Shown: one piece after another, positions 28,274 through 41,736 of the stretch | How positions within the stretch are numbered: the stretch's first letter is position 1 | Layout of the letters: the number at the start of each line of letters is the position of its first letter | Assembly: GCF_006345805.1 (NCBI RefSeq) | Contig: NC_043008.1 | Location: 36,518,001-36,582,000, forward strand | Direction: 5' to 3' | From: Octopus sinensis | Lineage: Eukaryota | Length of the DNA stretch: 64,000 nt | The notes under the pieces: model-generated | Told to the model about the DNA's origin: nothing | What the model saw: only the letters and a program-made list of their open reading frames with translations | Databases searched by the model: none | Made by a program: the position numbers and the translations under genes

Positions 28274-28460
28274 CTCTAACGTCTGCTTTTCTTACTGGCA
28301 TGTGTTGAACTGTTCCACAGGAGCTGACGAGACAGGACTGCACCAAGCACCAACTTCTACTTTGACACGGTTACTATGGCTGGATGCCCTTTCTAACTCC
28401 AACCTCTTTAAAGAGTGTACTGTGTGCTTTCTTCTAGGCACCAAAACAAGATCCTTCAAG
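28274..28460 (-). mobile_element. Decayed SINE/LINE 3' fragment
   Basis: (ATC)n tail abutting TAACGTCTGCTTTTC..GGCATG and GGCTGGATGCCCTTTCTAAC, recalled as common RTE-related repeat motifs; not verified. Confidence 0.4.
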
Positions 28461-28699
28461 TGACCGGGGAGTAATCTTTTGGGAGGTCACTCAGAGCAAA
28501 GTGATGATAAAGGGTCCGAAACCAGTGTCTCGCAAAAGAAAAGGCCGAGAGCAGAGTGGAAACAGCGTATGTCTCTGTCAGAGGCTGGAATGTATCTGTA
28601 AGAAACTTGATGTCAGTCAGTCTGAATTTGAGTAGACATCTTGTTTGAAAGATATCTGTCATTCAAAAGTTATTAAGCAATTTTCTGTAGAAAATCAGC

Positions 28700-29070
28700 T
28701 GAAGGCAGTCCTGGAGAGTGGATAATACAGTGAGAATTTTTGTTTAAGCAGCGGGACTTGAAGCAAATATTTGAACTCAATCACATATTTTATGTGTATA
28801 TATTCTTCCAGTTGAGTGCTATTTTCCAAAATTACAACCATGCAGCTGTGGGGGGAAATCGTCGAATCACCATCCTTGAGTTGTTAGAGGATGTGCAGAT
28901 TAGTTATGGTTCAGTTAATTTCTCTGAAGATTTGGGTATGAGATGTATGTCTGCCAAGTTTGTGTCAAAACTGTTTTCAGCTCAGCAAAAAGACACTCAT
29001 GTTTCAGTCGCACAAGATCTCCTTGATTGTGTCAAGAATGCTGAAAACTTTTTGAAAACTTTGCGTAGGC
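28700..29070 (+). mobile_element. Mariner transposase fragment (HTH/linker), decayed
   Basis: NRRITILELLEDVQISYGSV..LGMRCMSAKFVSKLFSAQQK..ENFLKTL corresponds to the mariner HTH2 and WVPHEL-equivalent region. Confidence 0.75.
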
Positions 29071-29341
29071 TTCTGATTAGGTATCGCCAAGCTTTTATCA
29101 AAAATTGATACAGATTTTCTGCTTATTTTTTCTCTGTCATGGTCAATGCGACGATCACACGCTACACACCTTCCTTCCAAGAACTGCTGTAAATATCGAA
29201 AGTAAACTAGAACGTTAAAACTTAGTGTACATACACAACAGAATTTAAGGTCAATCTGTGCCAAGCGACTTTACTCTACGTGGTTTAGCTTCCTTACTAT
29301 GGCAACAGTCCAGAAACTTATCCATCAGATCACGTATATCT

Positions 29342-29432
<91 letters not shown>

Positions 29433-29499
29433 CACACACACACGCACGCACGCACGCATACATATCAATATTTTGTTTCCTGTTTGTGTAGAATAATAT

Positions 29500-30320
29500 A
29501 TCGGTTGAATAAAGTTAAAACAGTCTGGTTTTCACGTTTTTATTATGATATTTTAACAAAACTCGCTCTTTCATACATAGTCTACTCGTCAGATTTCAAA
29601 TTGAGTTCTTGACATCTTTAGTACCTCTTAGAACACTCCAGCTAGCTGAATTTTTTGAATACCTTTTTGATCAATCTGCTTGCTCTTAAACATCACGGTT
29701 TGTCAGACGTACCGATATTCTGTAACGTGTATATATATTTATCCACATCATTAACTGGTTGTTATATGATTCCTGCTATTTCCGTTCAGAATAAGTTAGA
29801 ACATTTTAATAAATCGTTTTTCTTTCATCTTTCTTCCAGCCTCACTTGTGTCGTGTACTGCGAGGAAAGGAAAAATTAGAAACATTTTCTGACCACATGT
29901 CTCTATATGTTAGCTAAAGGGAATTTGGTGAACATTGGTGTTCCGGATTTGTTGTCTGTGGACTCGTGAGCGTTCCGATAATGCATTCCCTGTCTCTCTT
30001 ATATGTAATTCCTCGCAATTCGGGCATTTAATGCAGTATATCAAATTTTTGCTTTTGCAGTTCATATCTGCATTGGCGAAAATCTGTCCGCTTTTTGTTC
30101 TAATGGATCTACCTGTATGCATGTATTGACACGTTTCACATCTGTTATCATTACATTTGGATACTGTGAATGTGTTATCCCGTTTGTTCATGTTGAATTT
30201 TGCCTTTGTTAATAGTTTCTTTAGGTTGTGTTTTGCGTAAGATAAGCGTTTGATTATTTATTAAAAAAAAGTTTTCACTTTGTTTAAAATTTTCATTTTG
30301 TTTTTCACTTTTTAAAAATA
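29500..30320 (-). mobile_element. Penelope-like element 3' part (GIY-YIG endonuclease), decayed
   Basis: CNDNRCETC..MNCKSKNLIYCIKCPNCEELHIRETGNALSERSRVHRQQI; decayed hammerhead core CTGACGA..GAAA on the minus strand at ~29557-29597. Confidence 0.85.
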
Positions 30321-30324
30321 AATG

Positions 30325-30447
30325 TAGACGTAAGAGTGGCTGTGTGGTAAGTAGCTTACTTACCAACCACATGGTTCTGGGATCAGTCCCACTGCGTGGC
30401 ACCTTGGTCAAGTGTCTTCTGTTATAGCCTCGGGAAAGAAGCCCGTC

Positions 30448-30538
<91 letters not shown>

Positions 30539-30755
30539 TTGTGTGTCTGCGTTTGTCTGTCCCCCCCCCCAACATTGCTCGACAACCGATGCTGGTGTGT
30601 TTACGTTCCCGTAACTTAGTGGTTCGGCCAAAAGAGATCGATAAAATAAGTACTAGGCTTACAAAGAATAAGTCCTGGTGTCGATTTGCTCGACTAAAGG
30701 CGGTGCTCCAGCATGGCCACAGCCAAATGACTGAAACAAGTAAAAGAGAAAAAGA

Positions 30756-30760
<5 letters not shown>
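30325..30760 (+). mobile_element. SINE family A (internal deletion)
   Basis: Homology to 1377-1826. Confidence 0.9.
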
Positions 30761-30793
<33 letters not shown>

Positions 30794-30794
30794 A

Positions 30795-31673
30795 TACACG
30801 AGGTTCGATGGGTAAATTGTCACCATGTTATATTTTAAATTTAGCGCATGCACGTTGTTTGTTTTTTATCTTGTCAACTACACAGTACAGTAGGTTCAGT
30901 TGCACCGTCTGTAAGAAAAACAGTACCATTACGCAATTCCCTGTGTTAGAAATTTGGAAACGACATGCTGTCCTGCTTGGCATTCGTGCTGGAAGCTCCA
31001 ATGGTAACACTGCAGAATGCTTGGGTGTCAATCTGAGGACAGTGCAATCTCAGGACATGTCCCGAGAGTGTTAAAAATCAAGCATCCCGTCAGCATTATG
31101 GTGTTTGGAGTGATCACTAGTGATGCTGACATTATACCTCCATTCATCTTCCCACACGGCCTCAGACTCAGCATGAAGGCTTGCATCAAGTGCTTGGAGG
31201 AGGTAGTGTTACCCTGGGTCAAGAGATTGGCTCCTAGAAGACCCTGCGTCTGACAACAGGACTCTGCACCATGCCAAACAAGCAAGAGAACCCAGGCATG
31301 GCTGTCAGATAATTTCTGCGACCACATCACCCCTAACATCTGGCCACCTAACTCCCCAAACTGCAACGCCCTTGATTATTATGTGTGAGGTGCAGTTGAG
31401 CGAGAGATCAACAAAACTCTTTGTAATACCAAAGATGAACTGAAGGCAAGTATTATGGCAGCATCCACCAACTTAAACAAGGAGACCATCCAGAAGAGTT
31501 GCATACGATTCCGAAGTCGTCTGGTTGAAGCGAATGGAAATTTTATTGAATATATTTATTTTTTAGTATTTCAAGATATTTGTATGTAATTTTGGTAAAT
31601 ATATCTGTTAAAATAAGACGCCAGAGTTACTTTCATTTTTGCATAATTTAGACGACAGTTTATTCAACGCACC

Positions 31674-31678
<5 letters not shown>
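30795..31678 (+). mobile_element. Tc1/mariner DD37D (maT-type) transposon, internally deleted
   Basis: IMVFGVIT and QQDSAPC..WPPNSPNCNALDYYV with 37 residues between the 2nd and 3rd catalytic Asp; imperfect TIRs (TACACGAGG../..CACCCTGTA). Confidence 0.85.
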
Positions 31679-31750
<72 letters not shown>

Positions 31751-31940
31751 GTGTGTGTGTGTGGTGTGTGTGTGGTGTGTGTGTGTGTGTGTGTACATAT
31801 ATTGTTTGAAGTAGTGTACAGATTTTATATATCAAGATTCTATACATATAAAGGTGGTTGTCAGAATTTTGGATAGTTTTATATCTAATTCTTTCTTCTC
31901 GCTAAATAAAAGAATCATCGAAATTGTGACTACCTCCTTT

Positions 31941-31979
<39 letters not shown>

Positions 31980-33599
31980 CTCTACCAGGAGAGCCATTTT
32001 GGTGGAAATATGACGTTGTTGTATTCTATCAAAGAACCTGGTACAATTACTATAATGTCACCTAGCTTCATAATAGACTCATTGATGCTGTGAATGGCGC
32101 TTAGATGTTAGGTTACAGCAGTTGCAAACGACTGCGACAAAAACAACAAGAAAAATACTAAAGTTTCTATTGCCGCGTCTAGTAACAAATGCCATAAGTG
32201 CATCAACGGTGATGGTTGCAGCATTTATTGCAGATATTCTGTGAAATGCAGCGACTGTAGTAGCAGCAGTGCTAAAAACTAAGAGCTGTGTTAAAAGTGA
32301 TATTAACAGCAGCAATACAGCTTCTATGGTAGCAACCCTGGCAGCAACCGACTGAAACAGTAGCAATGGCAGCAACAGGCTGAACTTCACTGAGGGAGAC
32401 GATTGTAGGAAAAAATAACCCGAGGGACAGAGTGGGGAACAAATGTAATCTTTAAAAAAAATGGCGCTCAGTGAAGGGGAAGAATCAGGTTTTCGTGGAA
32501 GTTGATTAAGGAACGAAAGAAAGAAATAACGTGGGTGAGAGATGGAGATATATAGGTAGATAGATAGATATATTGAGAGAGAGCGTGAAAGGGAGAGAGA
32601 GAGAAAGAGAGAGTGGGAGTGAGAAAAGATGTGATCGTTTCTTTTTTGCTTCAGTATGATGAAGTTAAATGCATTGCTTGGTCTTTTGTGATTTGAGAGA
32701 GAGCGTTTTACAAGGGATTAGTCCGATTACCATTAGAAGCAGATGGGAAAAAGAGAGAGCAAGAGAGAAAGAGAGAGAGATGGAGAGAAAGAGAGAGAGA
32801 GAGGTGGTGTATAGAGAGACTAGATTCACTGGTTTCTTAGGATTTCTTCTTCGAATCGACTCAGAAGTTATTCTGTCTTTCAAAAGGAGATCTCTTTCAA
32901 TGTCATCTTGATATCTAAACTGATTAATAAGGTCTGGGATCAAAGGTATTACAACTGTGAGCATTATAGTCGCCTTTTTAGAGTTTATGTAATACTATGA
33001 AGTATTAGATTATCTAATATGTCATTTTCTTCTTTAATATGTTAAGCTTATCAGAAATATGATTTGGGAGATATCTAGTTGCTATGTCTAGCAGACTGAA
33101 TAACCAGATAGAGGCTGCTTTGATGTTTAGCTTACATTAGAAGCGAAATGAAGCCATACAATCTTGTATCATATCTACTGTTCAGTTCAGTTTTGTATTT
33201 TCTATTGTATTGACAGTAGGAAATATATGTGCGGTGTGTATTAGCTCGATATTCTATATCCAGTGTACATGTGTAAAAAAGTGGGGTTTTGTTGTGTATT
33301 TATCTAAATGTTTTTTATAATTCTCAAGACAAATATCATAGCGAATGCTCCTGTTCCTATATTACGGTTTCTTGATCATTATATTTGGCTACTTTCTCCA
33401 TTTATTTGAGATATGTTATCGTCAACTGGAACAAAATACAATTTCTTTTTCTAGTTGTTCTTGACAATAACACCTGTACGATCAACCTTGATTTCCTCTC
33501 TATATGGACTGACATATACCAGAATGTATTTGCTTTGTCATTCTCTGAGACCTTCTCTGATGTATGTTTGAGTAATCTCTTTTCAATTTTTATTTCATT

Positions 33600-33935
33600 A
33601 AGCACAGATAATAACTGGTGCTCCATCGGTTTGGACGACGCAGGTTCCAGTCGACCCGATCAATGGTACAACCTGCTTGTGAAATTAACGTGCAAATGAC
33701 TGAGCACTCTACAGACACGTGTACCCTTAAGGTAATTCCCTATGAGACTTAGCATGATATAGAATGTGACAAGGCTGGCCCCTTTTGAATTGCTGGTGCA
33801 ACTCATTTTTGCCAGCTGAGTGGACTAGGGCAACGAGAAAGAAAGCGTCCTTTTCAAGGAGACAATGCGCCGCCAAGAATCGAACTCACAACTGTGAACC
33901 GAATTCCCTAACCACGAAGCCACGCGTCTTCACAA
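33600..33935 (-). mobile_element. tRNA-derived SINE, family C
   Basis: Minus strand has A-box TGGCTTCGTGGT, B-box AGTTCGATTC, then GTCCACTCAGCTGGCAAAAATGAGT. Confidence 0.65.
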
Positions 33936-33964
33936 CACCGATAATATCTGGTGTTGTCATATAT

Positions 33965-34196
33965 ATTTCTTTACTACCCACAAGGGGCTAAACACAGAGG
34001 GAACAAACAAGGACAGGCAAATGGATTAAGTCGATTACATCGATCCCAGTGCGTAACTGGTACTTAATTTATCGACCCCGAAAGGATGAAAGGCAAAGTC
34101 GACCTCGGCGGAATTTGAACTCGGAACGTAACGACAGACGAAATACGGCTACGCATTTCGCCCGGCGTGCTAACGATTCTGCCAGCTCACCGCCTT
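33965..34196 (-). mobile_element. Complete SINE-B with 16-bp TSD
   Basis: TGGTGTTGTCATATAT at 33949-33964 and 34197-34212 flanks the copy. Confidence 0.92.
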
Positions 34197-35099
34197 TGGT
34201 GTTGTCATATATGTAAACGAATTCTTTCTTGGAAGAGACTGGGCAGCCAAAGGCAGTTTCAAGTGTGATAAATTATTTTTTCTCAATCTCCACGCATTCT
34301 GCACTTCCTGTATTCAGTTTTATTAAATGTTTTTCGTAGCTTTCAGCGAGGAGGTTTTGGTCCTCTCCGCAATAAACAAATCTTCGGTCTCAGGTTTGTG
34401 TCCTACACTTGAGTCCTACACGGGCTGAAGCCAGCTGGCATTTTCTTTCTTCTGCTTCCTCTCTACTGAATTATTTTCACTATCGATTATATTAATTTTA
34501 TTTTTAAGTTACCTTTTTAGCTCACTAATTTGCATTTTAGCTCGTTTCTATCGTTTCTCCAGTCTTCTCGCGACATTCGGCCTCTGTTTGAATATGTCGG
34601 CCTCGTTTTGTGTTTGCTTTATTTTAAAATTAAGTTGCATAACAATATGCAGTTGTTCCCATCTTATTCTTTACAAGATATATTTGTATTCTATTATATT
34701 ACTCAATCTCTAGGAGTCATTTACATTCCAGTATTGGGAATAAAGATAATCTTTCAGTATTTTTTGTGGTATATTCTAAAAGCACTGAACATACTTAGTG
34801 GCATTTCTTCCGGCTTTTATGTTTGGAGTTCAAATTCCGCTGAGGTCAACTTTGCCTTTTATTCTTTCAAGGTCGAAAAATAACAACCAGTTGAAACCTG
34901 GGGTCAATGAAACCAACCAACCCATCCCCCTTTCCAAAATTTCAGGCATTGTGCCTATAGTAAAGAAGATTACTTACATATTTTCAATCATGATACGTTT
35001 CATAATGCTGCACCAAGAACCTCAGTTCTCCATTTTCTTTTGTGGGTCTTCAGTTTTATATTATGTATCTTTGCCAATAGCTTCAATATGATCTATTAG

Positions 35100-35400
35100 G
35101 GTGCAGAAATCTGCAAAATATGAAAGATTGTAACATCTAGTATGGCTTCAAAACATCTGGTAGTCAAGTGATTCGAAGTCAACAATGTCCACCTTCTTTA
35201 GGAAATGTGTAAATTGCTTCTTCCTGTAACTTGGACTATGAAGAAAGAGCTTCGAAGTCACCATGATGAAACACGCAGCAGACTTCTGAAGACGGTTTGA
35301 AACAATTCATAGCATGAGCTCAACACCAAAGAGGACATTTATGGATAAATTTCAAGGCAGGCTTTGCTGACCACAGCTATTGTGCTGAATAACAAACCAT
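35100..35400 (+). mobile_element. Decayed RTE-like LINE fragment
   Basis: TWTMKKELRSHHDETRSRLLKTV*NNS*HELNTKEDIYG resembles the RTE post-RT region. Confidence 0.5.
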
Positions 35401-35670
35401 ATCGAAATATAACGACTAAAACTTATTAATGGCACACCGTAAATAATAAGTTCTGTTTTTAAAAAATTATTTCTAGGTAGAAACGTTAGAACACGAAAAA
35501 TGCTTTATAACATTTGTTCCGGCTCTTTGTTTCGTATTCAAATCCTGCCGAGAAGAACTCCTTCCTAGAGTCGATCTCCTAAATGTGCCTAAATGAAAAA
35601 TCATTTCTTCCTCTTCTTCTTCTTCTTGCTACTGCTACTGCTACTACTACTACTACTACTACTACTACTA

Positions 35671-35725
<55 letters not shown>

Positions 35726-36310
35726 ACCGCCGTTGCTGCTTTTATTAGTTTTATGCTATCTTCTATTACCCCGCTGCATTCCCGAGGTTTATGCCACATT
35801 GTCTTTTGTATATGGAATTGTGTTTGTCTTATTTTGTTGAAGTATTGCAAAATCTCCTTCAGTATCCATATTTCTCTCCTCAGTTCTTCTCTATCTCTAG
35901 CTGTGGTTGTGACGTTGAGTTCCACTTTTTAAAAATTTGCTTTTGGTAAAATTTTGGATTGGGGTAGAACTGTTTTGTGGAAAGAATTGGGAACTTTGAG
36001 GTTTTCGTCACTGTCTTCAATTTTGTTCCAATTGTTTTTTTTTTGTATATGGATAAGCTTTGTATACTAATTATGAAAATGAAATTAATTTTTCAAATAA
36101 ATCCATAATTAAAAAGTTGTTAGCCTTTAAAATTTGAAAGGTTTGGGTATTTTAGCCAATCGAAGGCGAGTATTTTACACATCACTGTGGCGAAGAACTC
36201 TGTTTCCATAGTAGCCCATCTTTTGCATTGAGTCAGTCTTCTTTCGTATATATGTATGTATGTATGTATGTATGTGTGTATGTATGTATGTATGTATGTA
36301 TGTATGTATG

Positions 36311-36349
<39 letters not shown>

Positions 36350-36400
36350 CATGTATATATATATATATAATATATAATATAATATAATATATGTATATAT

Positions 36401-36459
<59 letters not shown>

Positions 36460-36462
<3 letters not shown>

Positions 36463-38360
36463 TAATAAAAAGGGTTCAGCAAAGATTTGCTACACCACAC
36501 ACCGAAGTTTAGACGAAAAGCAGCCACAAGTCTTAGCTATTTCTTCTACTTTAAAAAGGGGGTCTCCCGGAGAAACCAAAATACTTGAAGATAATTCACA
36601 CAAGCAGAGAGTAAAGCAACGAACATCAATCAATATCTGGTTATCCATGGACGCGCGTTTCTGAATTAGGTTTTGCATAAAGAATATAAAATTATACTTT
36701 ACTAACCACATTCTGTCTAATACCGTTAGGTGGAAAGATTTGTTCAACCATTCTAGTACCTTCGAATTATTGTGGAGAGCCATGCCGATGAAGAATATCA
36801 TGAATTACATTTTAGTACCGGTTTCAGCCTTTGCGACATGAAAAACAATTAAATTGTGGGAAAATGAAACGAAATGTTTTTAAAAAATATTTCCATAATT
36901 TTCAAATGCAAGGGACATTTTCCTTTTTTCTGTCTGTCGCTGTCTCTTTTTTACTGATATGAGTTCTAGGTAGTAGGCAGCCGGTAGTAGTAGTTTGATA
37001 TGAATTTTTGTTTTTGGTTGTTGTTTTTGTTTGTTTAAGCCGCAATAGTAGTTGAGAAGAAGGCGGTAGCGAAGAAGGAGAAGAAAGAGGAGAAGGAGGA
37101 GGAGGAGGAGAAGAAGAAGAAGAAGAAGAAGAAGATGAGGAAGAGGAAGAAGAAGATAATGAATGATAAAAAATGCGGGAGTGGTATGGCAGCAGTAGGA
37201 TGTGGGTGGAATCCTCTTAAATGGTCACCTGACCTAAAAAATGACCCGTTGTGATTGTAATAGTAGTGACTGGAAGTGTTCTGAATAAATTCATGAGTAG
37301 CGACTGTTCTGAATATATCGTTTTTAATATTTGCTTGTAATAGTGTCATTTGGTGGACGCATTCAAAAGGAGTTTATATTTCGTGATAAAGTACGACTCT
37401 TTACTAATGCGCTGACTGCAGGTTGCATCGTCCCTGAATTGATAGAAGGGAAAAATTCTGAAGCTGGGTTGTTTGTTATTGGCGCAAATGTCGATGTGTT
37501 CGCTGAATGCTATTTTTCTGTATTTCCGAATTTTGATCTGGGAGCTATGCAGAGCTATCCTTTGACGTAAACTTTTTGGTTTAGCCTATGTATTGCTCAC
37601 GTCTCCCAGAACAAGTTAATACATATATTAAGTTCTCCGAAGTACATGTGAAGTTACCTTACACTATAAAACGTTGACCTTGCTTGAAAGAGAACTCTGA
37701 TTCCTCAATTAGGTTGATGCATATACCACAGTTAGGTCTCCCGCATTTTTTACTGACGGCTACAGTGTTGTTGTCGAGCGTATTTCGGCTTGTGTCAGGA
37801 GACTTTCCATAGATTTGGACTGTCTTTTGCTCTTTATGATGGTGTGCGTTTGCAGGATTAAATTTACTCTGTGGTTCATTTTTAGTAGGGGAATGTTTTG
37901 GAGGATGGTGCCGAAGGCTTCATTGATAAGAGGGTTGTGTGTGGAGATGTATGGTAGGGCGTTTGATTGTAAATCCTTATTTAATTTGAGATGCCTGAGT
38001 TTGTGGATGTTGAGTCGCAGGGCACGTTGTAAGCATATAACAATTAGTAATGGTGGGTAGTTCTTGGTGATGAGTGTATCCTTTAGTTCATGTAGTCGTG
38101 TGTTCCTGGTGCTTGTATTAGAAACTATAGTACAGATCTTTTTTGCTAGGTTGAACTCATTGCAGCCCAGACACACTAGAATGAATATCCCTTTCAGCCT
38201 AATTTTATTGTTTTTCAAGCTTTACTCTAAGTTGAAAAAGTCGCAAAGGCTGAAACCGGTACTAAAATGTTCTTCATGATAAAATTATTTTAGCATTTTC
38301 TACCTTGTCTTATTTTCCTTATACATATCAACTTGTGTATTCCTATTCAACCTTCCACAT
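36460..38360 (-). mobile_element. Penelope-like element with GIY-YIG and inverted pLTR pieces
   Basis: FNLAKKICTIVS, YP, LPYISTHNP, KCGRPNCGIC, NLIYVLTC, QYIG on the minus strand; 41-bp inverted repeat at 36797-36837 and 38240-38280 containing hammerhead half GAAACCGGTA. Confidence 0.85.
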
Positions 38361-38383
38361 ATATATACATATAATGAGTGTGT

Positions 38384-38432
<49 letters not shown>

Positions 38433-38752
38433 GCGAGACAGAGAGACAAAGAGTCTCATTGATGGGAAAGTTAATCATTTTATAGCAAAGACATCAGTTT
38501 ATACATATATATATATATATCCATGTATATGTGTGTGTATATGTATATATATGTGTGTGTGTGTGTGTATGTGTGTGTGTGTGTCTGTGGGTGTGTGTGT
38601 GTGTATGTGTGTGTGCATACATACATACATACACACACATACAGACACACACATATGTGTATATATATATTATTTCTACTATTTTTCTATGGCTCAGATA
38701 CACTAAACACTTCGATATACTCTATATAGAGAGATAATCCTATCTCTTAAAG

Positions 38753-38837
<85 letters not shown>

Positions 38838-39102
38838 CACGTGTGTGTATTGCAGCCTCTTCTTTTATTAATAAGGGCTGTAGAAAGCAGGTAAAATGCA
38901 ATAAGTGATAAATGCATTTTGCTATACCAACAAAATCATTTGGAAATCAATTTCTAGCATCAGTTACCTGGTAAATTAATCGTTGGCAATAAGACTTAAT
39001 CAAATTTAGTTGGAGGGCTACTTGCAAATTGGCTTGCGTTGATATGTAGTATTTCTGATGCGATACAGAGCAATCTCAATATATACTCAAATTTATATGC
39101 AT

Positions 39103-39196
<94 letters not shown>

Positions 39197-39429
39197 TCAT
39201 ATCAATATGCGCTTATATATGCATATATGCGTATATACATACATGCCTCTCTCTCTCGCTCTCTCTCTCTCTCGCTCTCTCACTCGCTCTCTCTCTTACT
39301 CTCTCTCTCTCACTCTTTCTCTCTCGCACTCGCTCTCTCTTTCTCCCTCTCTATGTGTGCGTGTATATATATATGTGTGTTTATATATTTAGATATATGT
39401 ATGTATATATGTATATATATATATACATA

Positions 39430-39485
<56 letters not shown>

Positions 39486-40292
39486 ATATATATACACACA
39501 TGCATATACATGCATGCATGTATTAATGTATATATGTGTGTGCGTTTGTACATATACGTATATGTAAATATATATACAAGCACACATACATTTATGTATG
39601 CACGCATTTACCTTTCTGCTCATACGGAACGGTACGGTAATGAAAATATATTATGTGATACAAATTTACTCTCATATAAACACGAAACATACAATATATA
39701 TATATATATATGCATATATGTATGTATGTATGTGTATGTATATATATATATTATACACATACACATATATTCAGTTATGCGCGTGCGCAAAAACTAGTAT
39801 GCGTAATAGTATCCATAAATCTAAATAGTAAGAAATATCAAATAGATAAATGGAAGTATAACGGAATAAATTAAGAAATATATCGAAGGAAAAATATGAT
39901 AAATAAAGGAAGCAATATGACTGTCGACTAAAAACTAAGTCTGTGTATATATATGTGTATATATGTGTATATATGTATGAATATTTATGTATATGTGTGC
40001 GCATGAGTTTATATATCCATGTGTGTATGTGCGCACATACCTGTATGTATGTTTGTAGTTATGTATGTATGTGTAAATATGTGTTTGTATGTATGTGCGT
40101 GTATGCATATATATGTTGTATATATGTGTATGCATGCATGAGTGAGTGTATGTGTGTATGTATGAGTATGTATGTGTTGATTACAGTCATGCTTCATATA
40201 AATAACATTTTCGTTGCCCTTAACTCTACAAGCAGGGAATAGATAAACCAGATACGTACACATACACCACAAACATACACAGCGAGTGTGTA

Positions 40293-40337
<45 letters not shown>

Positions 40338-40559
40338 ATAGACAGAGGGAGAGAGTGGGGAAGAAGAGAGACAGAGACGTTTCATCACTTACTCACAGAA
40401 ATGTATCTTCACACACGCTTGCACATTCATATAAATGCAAGTGTGTTTATATTTATGGACATCCGTACACACATGAAGAAACAAATTTGTGTGTGTGTGT
40501 ATGTGTGTGTAATTATCATCATTATCATCATCATCATCATCATCATCAGTAGCAGCAGC

Positions 40560-41020
40560 AGCAGTTTTATTATTTGATGAGAACACAGCTTATTTTGCTG
40601 GGTATGATGGAAAGAGTCAGATGTCCACGACCAACAGACTAAGGTGACACTTGCTTTACTGATCATGCTTCAAGAACCTAGTGAAGAATTCTTGCAGTTC
40701 CAAGCAATGCTCATTTTTGTTGGCATTCTCCCTTTACATTTGTACCAATCTTTTTCAGCCACGTTGGTAGTTGAGTGCTGTTACTTCCAAGAGTGTTAAT
40801 TACTTTTGGTACCACGTCTACTCTCCTCCTTGATCACAAAGCTTCGTATTTCCCTCTTCATATCGTCATAGTTGTTCAGTCTTTCTTCTTTCTGTTTGAT
40901 CCTATTGTCACCGGGACATGCTATGTCGATAATCATACATGTTCTTTCGTTTCGATTTTGTTTTTTTACCACGACAATGTCTGGCTTCCAATGTCTGGTC
41001 AGATGACCGCACTGGATTAA
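40560..41020 (-). mobile_element. Dong/R4 3' fragment
   Basis: KPDIVVV..CMIIDIACPGDNRIKQKE; closely similar to 46010-46440. Confidence 0.85.
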
Positions 41021-41684
41021 ATGCCTTAAAACTCCTGGAATACACAATGAGGGACGCCTTTGCAGTAAAAAGTAAAATTTTGAAAGTTTATGAATTTTTT
41101 CAAACCCTCTCTCCACTCTATCAATTTTGACCAATTTTCGCCGCACTATGCACTTAGAAACTATGGGAGAAGCCTCGAAGGTTAAAAAAAAAATTGGAAA
41201 TTCGTGGTCAGCATCACATTCCCTACAAATTTCATTTTCAAACTGCAAATGAAACGTAATTTAAAAGCAATAATAAATTTTTTTAAAAAGTCATTAACAC
41301 CCGCCCCACCACCATAGATCGTAAAATTTCGGCTTTATTTCTAATTTTTCTTTTACTTTTTTTAAATATAGTTTAAAATACGTACAGTCCAAAACATTTA
41401 GTTTTTGTTTATAATTTCAAACTAATTTTCTGACGAAAAAGCGCATGATGTAAAGGAGATTTAGCTGTTGCTTCTAGCACATTCCACAATCATCTGGCGC
41501 CTTCGTCGTTTGTTTGTCACATGCATTGATGTTCTTAAATATATATGTCCCCATAAATACATTTTATTGGAATGACGATGCAGTTGTCCCTTGCTGGGTA
41601 TTAAGAAACAACAAGTAAAAATTTGTAATTTAAATTTTTAATCCTCAGCCCGCTTCAAGCGAGTCCTTGTGTGTGTGTGTGTGT

Positions 41685-41736
<52 letters not shown>

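Larger units (their letters stand above)
33330..34620 (-). mobile_element. Decayed Dong/R4 element interrupted by two SINEs
   Basis: KPETEDLFI and RKCRM at 34230-34420; KHTSEKVSENDKA and MSVHIERK at 33330-33570. Confidence 0.55.

Noticed and set aside
30412-31074. 220-aa ORF, one of the longest in the track
   Set aside because: Chance read-through of SINE, microsatellite and transposon 5' sequence.
32079-32390. Hydrophobic Ala/Leu-rich ORF resembling a membrane or secreted protein
   Set aside because: Derived from degenerate (GCA/GTA)n low-complexity sequence, with a non-ATG start and no supporting motif.
35280-35315. CTGAAGA..GAAAC hammerhead-like motif
   Set aside because: Stems I and III cannot be formed, and it lies within an RTE-like coding relic.
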